Assembly: GCF_006345805.1 (NCBI RefSeq)
Contig: NC_043002.1
Coordinates: 23,746,001 to 23,810,000, forward strand
From: Octopus sinensis
Taxonomy: Eukaryota
Length of the DNA stretch: 64,000 nucleotides
Direction of reading: 5' to 3'
A program made the position numbers and the translations under genes. How positions within the stretch are numbered: the stretch's first letter is position 1; each line of letters begins with the position of its first letter. The notes beneath the pieces are model-generated. The model ran no database searches. It was given only the letters and a program-made list of their open reading frames with translations, and was not told the DNA's origin. Below, in pieces: positions 27,519 through 41,739 of the stretch.

Positions 27519-30500
27519 CCAGCAACAGTACCACCGGCACCAGTACCAGCAGTACCACCACCTCTGCTGTTGTTATCATCATTATCACTGTTATTATTGC
27601 TTTCATCCTCATCATATTCATTATCAGCAGCAGCAGTAGCACCACCAGATCATGATAATGACCATCATCATCATCATCGTTTTATGTCAATATTTCCCTG
27701 CTGCGATTTAGAAATGCAAAAACAAAAAGATTGCAAATTACAGTATCAACATGAATGTTATATTTAGATTCAATATTAGATTAGCATCAGATGTGTACAG
27801 CCTGGATTTGAACTAGGTACTTGTTATTTTTTTCTAAACTAAGTATAAGAATATTCTTGTCTTCCCTCCAAAGCCATTGATGCATTCATTCACCCATCCT
27901 TCCTTTATGTTATTTATTGTGCATTGATTGCCAAGCAGATCAGGTCATTGTTATTCCTAGTTTAGAAATAAAGGTTCCTTGTTTGAAGCTGGTCTCATAC
28001 AATGAACAATATACAAAAATAAGACACCTGATGATGATTAACTGAAATATAGTGTTAATATAAATGTTGTCGTCTTCATCATCATCATCATTTAATGTCC
28101 ATCTTCCATGCTGTCACGGGTTGGGCGGTTTGATAGGAGTTGGCAACCCTGAGGACTGCACCAAACTCCACCATCGTTTTTTAGTATAGTTTTTACAGAT
28201 GGATGCTCTTCCTAATGCCAACCACTTTAGAGAGTGAACTAGGTGCTTTTTATGTGGCACCAGTCCCAGTGAGGTCTGTTTTGACATGGTTCTTATGGTT
28301 GGATGCCCTTCCTAACATCAAAAGATAGAATATATCAGTTCACTGTTGATTGTATCTATATTCATGCCAGAAGGATTTGGGGTACACTACTGAATTGTTA
28401 ACCATTCTGTTGCCATATTTTCAATTCATCATCATCATCATCACCATCATTGTTGTTGTCATTATCATCGTCTTCATCAGTTTCATCTCCACATTTCCAT
28501 GCTTGCATGGATTGGGTGGAATTTTGTTGAGATAGATTTTCTACAGCTGGATAACCTTGCTGCCAGCCCACTCCTACACTTGAGCTTTAGGTAATATTTC
28601 CTCATGACCAGACATGTTTTCATGAAAGATTGGAAATGAAGGATATCACTTGCATGATACTGACACTTATTTACAATTATCATATGATGTTAAGGCAAAG
28701 AGACAGTAACACACACATATGGCAGGCTTCTTTCAGTTTCCATCTACTAAATTCACTCACAAGGTTTTGGTTAGCCTAGAGCTATATTAGAAGACACCTG
28801 TCCAAAGTGCCATGCAATGGTACTGAATCTGAAACAATATGGTTGGGAAGCAAACTTCTTACCATGCAATCATGCCTGCACCTATTTTAATTAATTTTGG
28901 AAATAATAAGGAATTTATTAAAACAACTTTGTTTTTATTAAGCTGATGTTCTCATTGTTTGGAGCGTAATCAATATGTAATTTTCATTTAATCACTTTCA
29001 AACAGGAAGTTGATATCATTAAATTAGGAGCTGTCTCAGGCAAGTTGGTATCAAAAGGGTTAACATTGGTAGGCTAACATTATACTGACCAAGTACTCAG
29101 GCAATCTTAAATATTTATTTTTGCCAGCTGAGTGGACTGGAGCAATGCAAAGGAAAGTGACCTGAGATTAGGAACCATGTTGCCTAACCACTCGGCCATG
29201 CATTTTCTCATAAATATTGCATATACATTCAGTGATGAAGTTAACAGTTTGAAAAATTACAATCATATTAACATTGATTTGTCTCAGATATTTAGACATT
29301 TAATCTCCTAACTGTAGATTAATGACAAATTATTTTAAAATTAATTCTTAATTTAGTGTTACTAATGAGCAATATAAATACAATAGATTAGGTTCCTTGC
29401 TGATTATAGCGTGTGTGCATGCATGAGTCTATGTATGTGAGAGTGTGAATGTGTATAAGCGAATGATTAAGTGTAATTGTGTGTTGGTTTAAATTTCCAG
29501 TTGAAATACAAAATAACCTTTAATTTCTTAAGCTTTTAATTTTTCTTCACAACACATTTTCCATTGTGCTTGATACCCTCCACCACTGCCACCAGCACCA
29601 CCATGATGACAGTATTACTATCATTATAATAATCCTACCACTACCATCACAACAGCAGCATTACTACCACCTCTAACAGCCCCAACACAGCCAATACCAC
29701 CACCACCACCACCACTACCAAATCAATATGGTAGTGCCATCACCTGTACCATTACCATCCTCACCATCATCATTATCATAATTGTCATCAATATCATCAG
29801 TGATTTAATGTCCAATTCTTCAGAAATCAACATGTGTTTGATTGGTCTACCAACACAACATCTCTTTTAAGTATCTGATTTGTGTTTCATTATATCAATG
29901 AGAACATTCCCTTGTCTGTCATAACTAAATATACCTACATCAATCTGTCTGTCCACCTATACACATACAAACACTTATATATAATGCAGGTGACATAAAC
30001 ATGCACATAGTACATGGTGATAGGAAGGGCATTCAACCATAAAATGCATGTAAAAACTGCTATGTTGGAATAAGAGATGGTCCTTTGATCTGTTAGATCT
30101 TGATGAACTCATGCCAACATGAAAAGCTATGTAAAATGATGATGGAAGATATATATATATATATATACATATTGGGCTTCATGGAGACAAAGTAGCTGAG
30201 TTCCTTTCGAGCATTGGGCCTCATGGAGGCAAAGTGGCAGAGTTCCTTTTGAGTGTTGGGCCTCACAAAGGCAAGGTGGCTGACTTCCTTTCAAGTGTTG
30301 GGCCTCACGGAAGCAATGACCAAGGCCTTTGGCATTATGTCGTGCTTGAGAAGAAGACCCATCAAGCTGAACAAAATTGCAGTCGTGGTAGATACTGGTG
30401 TCATGCAAATTGGCACCCATGCTGGTAGCATGTAAAAACACTCATTACACTCTTGGAATGGTTGGAAGGGCATCCAGATATAGAAAACCATGCCAAATGA

Positions 30501-30600
30501 GACCGAAGTCTGGTGCAGCCTTCCAGCATGCTAGCTCAGTCAAACCGTCCAACCCATGCCAGAATGGACAACGGATGTTAAATGATGATGATGATGATAT

Positions 30601-31251
30601 GAGGGGAAGTCAAAAATTATCCGCCCTTTTGCCATAATATATCTTTATCATTGTCATATTCCCTTCTGCACATGCGTGCTTATAGTTGGTACTATTGTGG
30701 TCATGTGATTGAAGTTTGAGCCAGATCATACCATTTTTCTTTCTGGCTTTACAGTGTAAGCATGGCCGCTCCACTAGCAATGTGCACCAAAGAAGAATAA
30801 AGACAAGTGATCTGAGAGATGGTAATGGTGAACCAGTTCACCATTACCATCTCTCGAGTTTGCTGAATCTTCTCATCAGTAGTGTAGATTGACAGGCATC
30901 CTGCTCCCTTTTTGTGTGTCACACTTGTCCGGCCACTTTTAAACTTCTCAGTCCACTCATACACACTTTTACATGGTAGTGCATTATCCCTGTATTGTGC
31001 TAAAAGCCTCCGATGATTTCAGGACCTGACACACCTTCCGACCAGAGGAATCGGATCACCGCTCTTTGTTCTTCTTTGGTGCATGTTACTAGTGGAGCAG
31101 CCATGCTTACACTGTAAAACCATAAAGAAAAATGATATGATCAAGCTCAAACTTCGATCATGGGACCACAATAGTACCAACTATAAGCACACATGCCCAG
31201 AAGGTGGTATGACAATAATAAAGATATATTATGGTGAAAATGTGGATAATT
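30601..31251. mobile_element. Internally deleted mariner derivative with long (~190-bp) inverted termini
   Basis: ~30615-30810 pairs with ~31065-31251; the interior encodes on the minus strand YEWTEKFKSGRTSVTH..GAG..DEKIQQ.REMV (mariner HTH region). Confidence 0.75.
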
Positions 31252-32083
31252 CACAGTCAAACACAAAGATCATCACTGCAGTAACTGTTCAGAAAATGTA
31301 CTAAGTTGGGCTATGAATTATGTCATCAGGCAGTAAGGTACATTTCTACGTTGTTATACTTCATCAGCTACAGATACTGAATCTCTCATTCATAATTAAT
31401 TCCAGCTCAACAAAAGCTTTGCACACATGTGCATATTTATTTTTTGCTGTTTACATAAGAATGGCAGTTTTTAGAGGGCTATGAGTGATGGATTTAATAT
31501 CCATAGCTGACGAGGTGTAATGATGTAGAAACATGTGACCTACAGTCCAATGATATCATTCATAGCCTCATTTAGTGTTTTCATACAGACTATCTATAAG
31601 AATTTCTCTTCTAAGACAGTTACTGCAGCAAAAGTCTTTCTATATCCTTCGTTGAAACCAATACGAAATTCATTAATATTTAATTCAAATATAGAATATG
31701 TATCGTTCAACCCCAAGTCAGTCATAAAGAACAGGCTAAGGATAAAAGGTATCCCAGTAGAGATCAGAGTATAAGGCCAAAAGTATCCAGGACTACATTA
31801 TACAATGGGGCGAAGGTTTGGAATAGTTATCCTAACTTCATGAGGAAGGGAAAAAAGGTATGGAAATGGGGGAGAAAATTTCAAAAAATTGAAATTTTTG
31901 GTAAAATTTTCAGGATCGCAATTCCAGTTGCAACATAAAGATGCTGCAGTAAACGGGAAAAAAAATCCTTAAGTATTGAGACTTGTTAGTGAATCACTTC
32001 TTCAAGCCTGTGGGAGTTTGAGACGTTTGGAGGAGTGGGCCACAAACAGCGAAGTTCTTGTCAACGTTTGCAGCTCGCCTTAC

Positions 32084-32225
32084 CGAAATGTGAGGTGATA
32101 CCCGTGAGGGTGCTTGGCTGTTCCAATCCCACCAGCTTCGCCATCGCCCGTGTTAATGCCGCGAGTATGTTCAGTAGGTTCCGTTGAACCTTGTGTGCGA
32201 CCAACTGAGGCACTTGATGTTGCAT
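32084..32225 (-). CDS. Candidate first coding exon of an unidentified gene (47 aa, phase-1 donor)
   Basis: ATG at 32225; MQHQVPQLVAHKVQRNLLNILAALTRAMAKLVGLEQPSTLTGITSHF then G|GTAAG; GC/CpG-rich unique sequence. No homology recognised. Confidence 0.3.
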
Positions 32226-33804
32226 TGATATTTTTTTTCTTCTTTTCTTTCTTCACTCATGTTTGTGTTTTCCTTGGTTTTCTATTTAATGCGATTTTGC
32301 ATTACATATGTATCATGTACGTGTTATATATGTAATAAAATATAGTACCTAAAGAAGAAAAAAACCAAAACAATGATACTGAGGAAAAAACCCTTCAAAA
32401 ACTACCACTTTTCTTTTTCTAGGGATATGGGATTCGAGTGATAGCTATTCTTAAAGTTCGCCGACTAATGTATCTTTCCTTTTTTTTAAGCAGTACGCTG
32501 TGATATAAAGGAGATTTGGCTGTTATTTCTATATGGTTAAAGATTACATAGAAGCTTTTTATGGTTGCTATTTCAATAAAAATTCGATGTCGAAGAGACA
32601 GAGTGGCTTCGAATCGAATTAACTTGAGATTTGAAACTTCTTGCGAGAATTTAATCATTGGGACCGTACCTCGTGTACGTCTGTCAGAGAAATTCGTACA
32701 CCATTCAGAATATGGTTCTTAGTTGAAAAGGCTGGTTCCCGAGAGCTCAGAGGCTTCCTCGTTGACTCATACGAAATATATTTGGGTGTGCGCGCGCACA
32801 ATAACTGTTTTTTTTTTTTATATATATATACTGAAAGAGAGAGAGGGGGAGTGAGGGCGAGGGAGATGAAGAGAGACGACACTGTCCTGGAATCTTTAAG
32901 GGGCTGATGTTAGCTGACCGCTAAGGGACTAGTTTTCACGTAGTGTATGAAAGTCAAGTGAACCTGGTAGAAACCCCCTCATTCACTTCAATGAAGAGAG
33001 TTTTATCGTCCATGACCGGAAATCGCAGGTAAACAAAATAACAGAAGAGAAGTGGTTCGGTTGAGAATTGAACTTGCGCCGAGCACAATACTGGGGCTTC
33101 CGGTAACTTAACATTCCATCGCAATTTTAGTTATTCACGAGTGGGGATGTGCCAACGCCTATTGCCTATTAATAAACAAGCCAGATCAAACTTGACGAAA
33201 CAAAAATATGAGAGAAAGCAAGAGACAAAATTTTCGAAGAAAGAGAAATTAAAGGGTAAAGTGATAGAAAGAGAGAGAAAAAAAGAAGAGATAGAGGGAA
33301 AGAAAAGGAATAGTTAGAGAGAATGAAAAGCTGAGGAAGTGAGAAAGAAAGAAAAACAAAAGCCAGAAAAAGTAACATACAGAAAATGGGGAAAGAGCAG
33401 AATGTTGCACTTAATGTAAAGTTCGCTTTCATTGATCAATACGAGATCTCATTACAGTTAACCTACTCAACACAGGATGGCAATATCTATATGTTTTTGT
33501 AAGAGAAAGAGACAGACAGAGAGGCTAAGAAAGAAAGACTCATAAGCAATCATATGGTGGTGGTGTGGATATATGGCACAGGTTCAGGAAGACAGACCGA
33601 TAGATTAATTAATGGCCCAATTGATAGAAGAGAGAGAGAGTGATTGGGAGAAAGATTCGATGAATATATAATCTATCAATGTATCAATGGATATATAAAT
33701 AAAAACAGGTGAACAGATAAGAGAGAGGGAGAGAATGGAGTGTGAAAAATATATAAAGAATCCAGAGGGGAGAGAGAAGGGTTAGTAGCGAGACAGACGG
33801 AAGA

Positions 33805-33881
33805 GAAGGTCAACTGAGTGTGCGTCATCAGTGACCTAGCTCCGCCCACAATAGGTCAGGTCAAAGTTCAACATTGATAAG
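33805..33881. promoter_or_regulatory. Cluster of nuclear-receptor half-sites, GC box, CRE-like and GATA motifs
   Basis: aggtca 33807, tgcgtca 33821, tgacct 33832, ctccgccca 33840, AGGTCA-A-AGTTCA DR1 at 33858-33870, tgataa 33875. Confidence 0.45.
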
Positions 33882-35845
33882 CTTCTTAGTAAGTATCTGG
33901 TTAAACAAAACACTAAGTATTAGGTGCAGCATTTGTTTGTGCACGCACACACATATATGCACACGTGTGTGTGTTTCTGAAAATCATTCGAGAAAATTAA
34001 CGAGTTTTTACATTGTCGCGAAAATACAGTCAATTTAATTATGGAGAATGTATGAATGACGTTAAACATTAACCGCAGCGAACTCTCTACCAGTGCGAGT
34101 CAACGAGGAAGCCTCTACTTAGTCGCTCGACCTGCTAGAAGTAGAAGCCAAATCCCTCTTTTTCAATTACACCCTTTGTGTCACAAAAGGGGGACACATT
34201 GGATAATGTGATTCTAGATACGTTACATGTGAAAAACATGAATGATGGAATGGTCACTGCTGGAATGTCTTTTGATCAAGCATCTTTTAGAACAGAGCTG
34301 ACCTGGGACTAAACAACAACTGTAGCAGATTAAAAATTCAAGCCACCGACAGACTACACACAATTATTCAATTTGCTAGAAACAATAATGTCAGATTAGT
34401 CACGATAGAAACGACTTGGATCATGGCCTATTGGTTGAGGTCTGATTTGTTATTAACCCTTTAGTGTATAAACAGTTCATACCTGGCCCAAATATTCTAC
34501 CTGTTTTATGTGCAAACCGGCCAGCTCTGGCCTCTCATACCTACTCTACAATTTCAGTCTAAAAACAAACGACCACATCATCGAAATGTCATAAGTGCAA
34601 AATAATGCATGATTAATTCGAAACAATGTGAATGAATTAGCCTTACATTTGAAAGAGTAATCCGGTTGCTAAAGGGTCAAGTGAGATACAGTTACCGTCA
34701 GATCTTCCACTCCTCTTATCAAAACACTAGCCTCATTTCTACAGCCGCCGCCATCACCACCACCATTAAGGTCAATGAAGTTATGAATCAACGAGGGGAC
34801 TTCTACGTGGTTAGTCGACCTGCTAGAAACTGTAGCGAAATCGCCATCAAACCACATTCTGGCCAGTCTTACAAAGAGTAGGGAGACATTGGATGGTGTA
34901 GTCCTCGATAGACTGTGCCTGGAAAAATAAAGATAGAATAGTTGCGGATGGAATGCTTCTTGATCATAGGTCTGCTTGATTTGGGCTCACCTGGAGCTAA
35001 GCAATACAACAACAAAGCCATACTGTTGTCATAGAAGTCACTATAGTAACAACCATCACTACCTCCATCACCATCAATACCACAACCACCACTATTAATA
35101 CTACCACCATCACCGTTGCCATTAGTACCTTTACTACTGCCATCATCATCATTAGTTTCTCTACTACTATTAGCACCAGTTCTATTAGTGTCATTAATAC
35201 CATCACCAACACAATCATTACCACTACTATAATAATGACCACTGCTACCACAGTCAAAATCACCACCGCTTCCATTACCATCACTAAAGATGGTTAGAGC
35301 AGCGGACTTGCGGTCGAGGGATCGCGGGTTCGAATCTCAGACCGGACGATGTGTGTGTTTGTGAGCGAAACACTTAAGCTCCACGCAGCTCCAGCAGAAG
35401 GTAATGGCGAAACTTCTGCGGACTCTTTCGCCACAACTTTCTCTCACTCTTTCCTCCTGCATCTTGCAGCTCACCTGTGATGGACCGGTGTCCCGTCCAG
35501 GTGGGAAACCTATACGCTAAGAAACTGGGGAAACCAGCCCTTATGAGCCAGACATGGCTCAAGAAGGAACAAAAAAAAAAAACCCAAAAAACAACCTATG
35601 ACTATGGTCTTGGGATGGCAGCATTCATTATCTACTGAAACCATGACCACTTCAATACTATTACGATAAGCATGACATATCTATGACCATCACTACACCG
35701 ACATCATCATGGTGTCAATGTGAATGAACAGTAAAGTTTGGTTTAACAGGGAATTGATCTCTGTACATTCCAGTATGCACATTCTTGGGTATCATTGAGG
35801 TTTGTGGTAGCCAAACATTAACCATTCGCCATCAAGATACTCCTT

Positions 35846-36149
35846 TGTGGAGGCACATGGCCTAGTGGTTAGAGCAGTGGACTTGCGGTCGAGGGATGGC
35901 GGGTTCGAATCTCAGAACGGATGATGTGTGTGTTTATGAACGAAACACCTAAGCTCCACGCAGCTCCGGCAGAATGTAATGGCGAAACTTCTGCTGACTC
36001 TTTCGCCACAACTTTCTCTCGCTCTTTCCTCCTGCAACTCACCTGCGATGGACCACTGTCCCATCCAGGTGGGGAACCTATACACCACGAAGCCGGGAAA
36101 CCAGCCCTTATGAGCCAGGCATGGCTCGAGAAGGAACAAACAACAAAAA
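35846..36149 (+). mobile_element. tRNA-derived SINE with 12-bp TSD (second copy ~35290-35572)
   Basis: A box tggcctagtgg, B box ggttcgaatct; TSD aagatactcctt at 35834-35845 and 36150-36161. Related heads at ~51423-51717 (-), ~59140-59497 (-) and ~60345-60552. Confidence 0.9.
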
Positions 36150-36190
36150 AAGATACTCCTTCGAACTAGCCTATTGTGTACCTTCTTACC

Positions 36191-38608
36191 CATTTTCCTC
36201 TTATTAATTTCTACAGTATCTCAGGGATGGCTGTATGGTTTAGAAATTTGCTTCCTAACCATGTGATTTCCAGTTCAGTCCCATTGCATGGCACCTTGGG
36301 CAAGTGTCTTTTACTGTGGCCCTGGGTCAACAAGTCTTGTGAGTAGATTCAGTAGATGGAAACTAAAAGAATGCTAATGTTGGCATTAGGAAGAGCATCC
36401 AGGCATAGAAACCAAGCTAATACAGGTTATGGTACCTGGTACAGTTCCTGGCCTTGCCAGTTCCTCTCAAGCATCCAACCCATGCCAACATGGAAAATGG
36501 ACATTAAATGTTGATGATGATGATGAAACACACACACACACATACAGGGTGCAATGGGTAAATTGTTGCCATTTAATATTTTTAATTTCTTGTATGCATA
36601 TTGATTGTTTTTGATTTTGTTGACTACACAGTATAGTAGGATCAGTTGGGCACTGTCTGTGAGAAAAACAAATTCACTCTGCCAGAAATTTGGAAATGAC
36701 ATGCTGTACTGCTTGGCATTCACACCGGAAGCTCCAATATGAACATTTCAGAGTGTTTGGGTGTCAATCTGAGGACAGTGCAGAGGATTTGGAAAGAGTT
36801 GGATGAGTCTAATAGTGATTACAAAGATATGGTAGCTCAGAAAACCCACTCTAATTGTTCTGATAAGAAAAGGACTCCTAAATTTGTTGGTGAGATCCAG
36901 GCCGTGATTGACTGATCCTTTCAAGTCAATCAGGTCCATAGACCTGAGAGTGTCTGAGTTACTTATTAGGCAGGTAGCGCATGAAGACATTTGGTATTCC
37001 TCATGCAAGATGAGAAAATGCCAATTTTTATCCTGAGCCATCAAGGAAAAGAGGAAAGACCGTGCTACAAAGCTTTTCAATAAACTTAAGCACCTGATCA
37101 TCCAACTGAACATCCTTTGGTTTTTCTCAAACAAGAAAAATTTCTGCCAGGATCAGATGGTGAACACACAGAACAACCATTGGCTTGCCGTGTCCAGAGA
37201 GCAATAAACATGTATCGAGAGTAATAAAAATCATGTATTGAGAGTAATGAAAATCAAACATCCAGTCAACATCATGGTGTTTGGAGTGATCACTAGTGAT
37301 GGTGACGTTATGCCTCCATTCATCTTCTCCTATGGCCTCACACTCAACACAGAGGCCTACATCAAGTATCTGGAACAGGTAGTGCTGCCTTGGGTCATTT
37401 TCCTCTTATTAATTTCTACAGTATCTCAGGGATGGATGTATGGTTTAGAAATTTGCTTCCTAACCATGTGGTTTGCAGTTCAGTCCCACTGCATGACACC
37501 TTGGGCAAGTGTCTTTTACTGTGGCCCTGGGTCAACCAGTCTTGTGAGTAGATTCAGTAGATGGAAACTAAAAGAATGCTAATGTTGGCATTAGGAAGAG
37601 CATCCAGCCATAGAAACCAAGCTAAAACAGATTATGGAACCTGGTACAGTTCCTGGCCTTGCCAGTTCCTCTCAAGCATCCAACCCATGCCAACATGGAA
37701 AATGGACATTAAATGTTGATGATGATGATGAAACACACACACACAGGGTGCAATGGGTAAATTGTTGCCATTTTATATTTTTAATTTCTTGTATGTGCAT
37801 TGATTGTTTTTGATTTTGTTGACTACACAGTATAGTAGGATCAGTTGGGCACTGTCTGTGAGAAAACCAGCATCATGATGTAATTCACTCTGCCAGAAAT
37901 TTGGAAATAACATGCTGTACTGCTTGGAATTCACACCAAAAGCTCCAATACGAACATTTCAGAGTGTTTGGGTGTCAATCTGAGGACAGTGCAGAGGATT
38001 TGGGAAGAGTTGGATGAGTCAAATAGTGATAACAAACGTATGGTAGCTTGGAAAACTCACTCTGATTGTTCTGATAAGAAAAGGACGCCTGAATTTGTTG
38101 GTGAGATCCAGGCCGCGATTGACAATGATCCCTCCAAGTCAATCAGGTCCATAGACATGGGAGTGTCTGAGTTACTTATTAGGCAGGTAGTGCATGAAGA
38201 CATTTGGTATTCCTCATGCAAGATGAGAAAGGGCCAATTTTTATCCTGAACCATCAAGGAAAAGAGGAAAGACCACACTACAAAGCTTTTCAATAAACTT
38301 AAGCACCTGATCATCCAACTGAACATTCTTTGGTTTTTCTCAAACAAGAAAAATTTCTGCCAGGATCAGATGGTGAACACACAGAACAACCATTGGCTTG
38401 CCGTGTCCAGAGAGCAATAAATGTATCGAGAGTAATAAAAATCATGTACTGAGAGTAATGAAAATCAAACATCCAGTCAACATCATGGTGTTTGGAGTGA
38501 TCACTAGTGATGGTGACGTTATGCCTCCATTCATCTTCTCCCATGGCCTCACACTCAACACAGAGGCATTCATCAAGTATCTGGAACAGGTAGTGCTGCC
38601 TTGGGTCA
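36191..38608. repeat. Tandem segmental duplication, unit ~1205 bp
   Basis: cattttcctcttattaatttctacagtatctcagggatgg starts at both 36191 and 37396; the SINE pieces and 5' part of the transposon are both duplicated. Confidence 0.92.
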
Positions 38609-38990
38609 AGATGGTGGCTGCTGGAAGACCCTATGTCTGGCAACAAGAGTCTGCACCAGGCCACATTACCCATAACATCTAGCCACTTAACTCCCCAGAC
38701 TGCAACCCCCTTGATTATTATGTGTGGGGTGCATTTGAGTGAGAGACCAACAAAATTTCTTGTAACACCAAAGATAAACTGAAGGCAAAGATTATGGCAG
38801 CATTCATCAACCTAAACAAGTCGACCATCCAGAAGAGTTGTAGGAGATTTCATAGTTGTCTGGAGGCCGTGGTTGAAGCCAATGGCGATTTTATTGAAAA
38901 TATTTACTCTTTAGTATTTCAAGATATTTTTATGGAATTTTAGTAAATATATCTGTTAAAATGAAATGTCAGTTTAATTTCATTTTTGTG
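37744..38990 (+). mobile_element. Decayed Tc1/mariner-superfamily transposon, DD37D (maT)-like; truncated duplicate at 36545-37397
   Basis: Left end CAGGGTGCAATGGG; translated pieces WFFSNKKNF (FSDEK), IMVFGVITSDG, YVWQQESAPGH (QQD.AP.H), NSPDCNPLDYYVWG; stops and frameshifts present. Confidence 0.8.
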
Positions 38991-38997
38991 TAACACA

Positions 38998-40253
38998 CAT
39001 CTGTCAGGTAATGTCCATATTAAATAACGAAAATAATTGATCAAATTTTGTGTTTTAATGAAACTTAATCATCAATATAGTTTCTGTGATTATTTATGAC
39101 ATCTTTCCATCTACTTGTAAGATTTTTAATCCCATTAGTGAAAAACTCTTTCGGTTTCAAAGAGAAGAACTCTGAAAGGTCAGTTTCGATTTATTCAGTT
39201 GTTTCAAGAGTTAATCCATCCAAATGATTCTGTACACTGTGGAACAAATGGTAATCTGAAGGAGCAAGTGCTGAGGAATAAGGTGGATGAGCAATTTTCT
39301 CTCAGCCAAGTTTCTTGATCATCTGTGATGTGATCTTGGCAATGTGGGGGTCTTCTATTGTCCTGATGAAACATCCCCCTTTCCTTTCAATTCACTAAGA
39401 TGAGCCTTTTTTTCTTCAAAGCAGCTTTCAAACACACTAATTGCTGACAGTAGATTTGAGCATTGATTGTTGCATTAGTTGGTAGCAATTCAACCAAACA
39501 GAGAGAAGAACATTCTTCGCCTGGAGTTCCCTTTTCGGTTGTAGTTGGGTCTTTTCCCTTTCACCAAGCCAATGTCTACAACACTTAACATTTTGACAAA
39601 CGACCAATATTTTATCACCGGTCACCAGTCTGTCCAATAAGGGTGAGATGAGTTCATGAGAATGAAGAGAAAAGCAGATGTCCATTCAGTATTTGCAATT
39701 GGCTTCAAACAAATCATGAGGCACCCATTTTCTGAATTTTGGGACCTATCCAAGCTGTTGATGATGATGATGGTGAACAGTTGTATGGCTTGAACAAAGC
39801 TTGCTTGCCAATTCTTCAACTGAAACTGCATGATCTTTTTCAAGTTCTGCCAAAAGGTGCTTATCATCAAACTCAATTGGACATCTTGTTCAGACCTCAT
39901 CTTCAAGGCTGACATCTCCACTTCTGAATTTTACAAACCATCTTCTGCAAGTTCTTTCATTCAGGCACCCTTCTCCATAAGCTGAAGGAATATTTTGAGT
40001 CACTTCAGCTGCAGAGTTCCTTTTTTTAAACTCATAAAGCTTTATGTGCCTCAAATGCTCCTTAGACATGTTTGAAGAACTATAATTAGTGAAATTTCAA
40101 TTAGACTATCCTGCAAAATGAAATTTAATTAGTTTAAATATATCCAAATACATATAAACATTAATTGATGCCATTTAAACATTCTAAAATACTGCTAAAG
40201 CGTTTACAAATTGAAAATATAGAAGTGTGGACATTACTTACGGGATGACCTGA
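38998..40253 (-). mobile_element. Decayed mariner transposon
   Basis: LVTGDK (TGDEKW) and HPPYSSALAPSDYHLF motifs; imperfect TIRs gtaatgtcca / tggacattac. Confidence 0.85.
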
Positions 40254-41016
40254 TGTTTATATATTCATCGTAACCATCATTTTTTAACACCCCTCTTCCA
40301 TACTCACATGGGTTAAGTGGAATTCATTGAGACAGATTTTCTACAGTGAGATGCCCTTCTTATTGCACACCCTTACCTGTTTCCAAGAAGTTAATAGTTC
40401 TACATGGCCTGACATACTTCCATAGAAGACCGGAAATGATGAATACTGTTCGTATGACACTGATGCTCATTGACATCAACCAAGTGATATCAAGACAAAG
40501 AAACACTAATGTTGTGCAATCTTTGGACACAAAAAAAGCTCATTCAAATGGTGGCATTTGTTTCCAGTTCTCTGCATAATCATATCCATACTGTTTGTTG
40601 GCTGCGAGATTATTATCTTGCTTGAAAACAGATAGGATATGGCCTCAGGAAGGGCATCTGGCCATAAAAAATCTGCCTCAATGTACTGTAATCTGACCCA
40701 TGTAAGTATGGGTTAGAAGACAACAATGAGGATGATCTCACAACATTCCATACTTTGCATCAAATAAGAGAAGCTTCTCAGTGGTTGTTCAATATACTGA
40801 AAACAGTAACCAGATCTCCCTAGAATCGATCCCTACTATCTTATAACACGAGGAACACATTAAATACACTATATTTGGAAAAAAAAAATGAAATGGTCAC
40901 AGCTGAAATGGTTTTGTTTGTAAGTGTGTTTAATCAGGATTGACTTAGGGGTTAAACAATAACAACAACAACAATTTTTCATTAAATACTTCCTTCAAAA
41001 CTATAATCTTCTTTAA

Positions 41017-41237
41017 CCCTTTAGCATTTAGACTAACCATATCTGTCCAAAATATCTTACCTGCTTTATATGTTCAAACCAACTAAATCTGGGCTCTAAC
41101 ACTTACCTTACAATGTCATTCTTAAAACAAACAGTCACATTGTTGAAATCTCAAAGCTATGAGATAATGCGTGATTAATTTAAAATAATATGACTAAGTA
41201 TGCTTACATTTGACAGAGTAATCTGAATGCTAAAGGG
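41017..41237. mobile_element. piggyBac-type MITE, family B
   Basis: TTAA|CCCTTTAGCATT ... AATGCTAAAGGG|TTAA; relatives at ~34457-34677 and 61319-61540. Confidence 0.85.
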
Positions 41238-41739
41238 TTAAATTCTTCTTTAACCAGCATTTCCCCTCACTGTCATTGATGTGTAGAACTTGAGGCTAAA
41301 CATTACTAGCCACAGTGAACTCATTTGCCTGGGTGAATCTGTAAAGGCTACAGGCACTCTGTTGTCCACTTAGTCTAATCAATATTTTCAAAAAGTGTTG
41401 GTGGAAACAGTTATTTATTTGTCCACTGTTTTCATTATGAGTCCCAAATTGCTTTCTGAAAATTCTAACAGAGTTTCCATAGAACAATCTGAAAAGGTAC
41501 AAGATCTTGTGTTATAAATTGTATAGCTTAAGGCATAATATCAGGTGGACAAGATGCATTGAAAAAGTCAGCTGGGGAAAATATACATAGTATGTTTAGA
41601 TACAATTACAGTAGTGAGGCTGAAGAATTTGCATCCTTAGAAAGAAGCAGTCTTAAGATTTTATCACTGTGGACAACATCTTTTTAAGTGTGCTGATTGT
41701 GAATTATGAAAAATGTAAAATACACCAATCTGACCGTAC

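Noticed and set aside
27357-27767. Pro/Ser/Leu/His-rich ORFs
   Set aside because: Degenerate CAT/CAC/TAT trinucleotide tract, open on both strands.
35846-35920. Apparent tRNA gene
   Set aside because: It is a SINE head: it continues into a repeat body with an A-rich tail and TSD, and several diverged copies exist.
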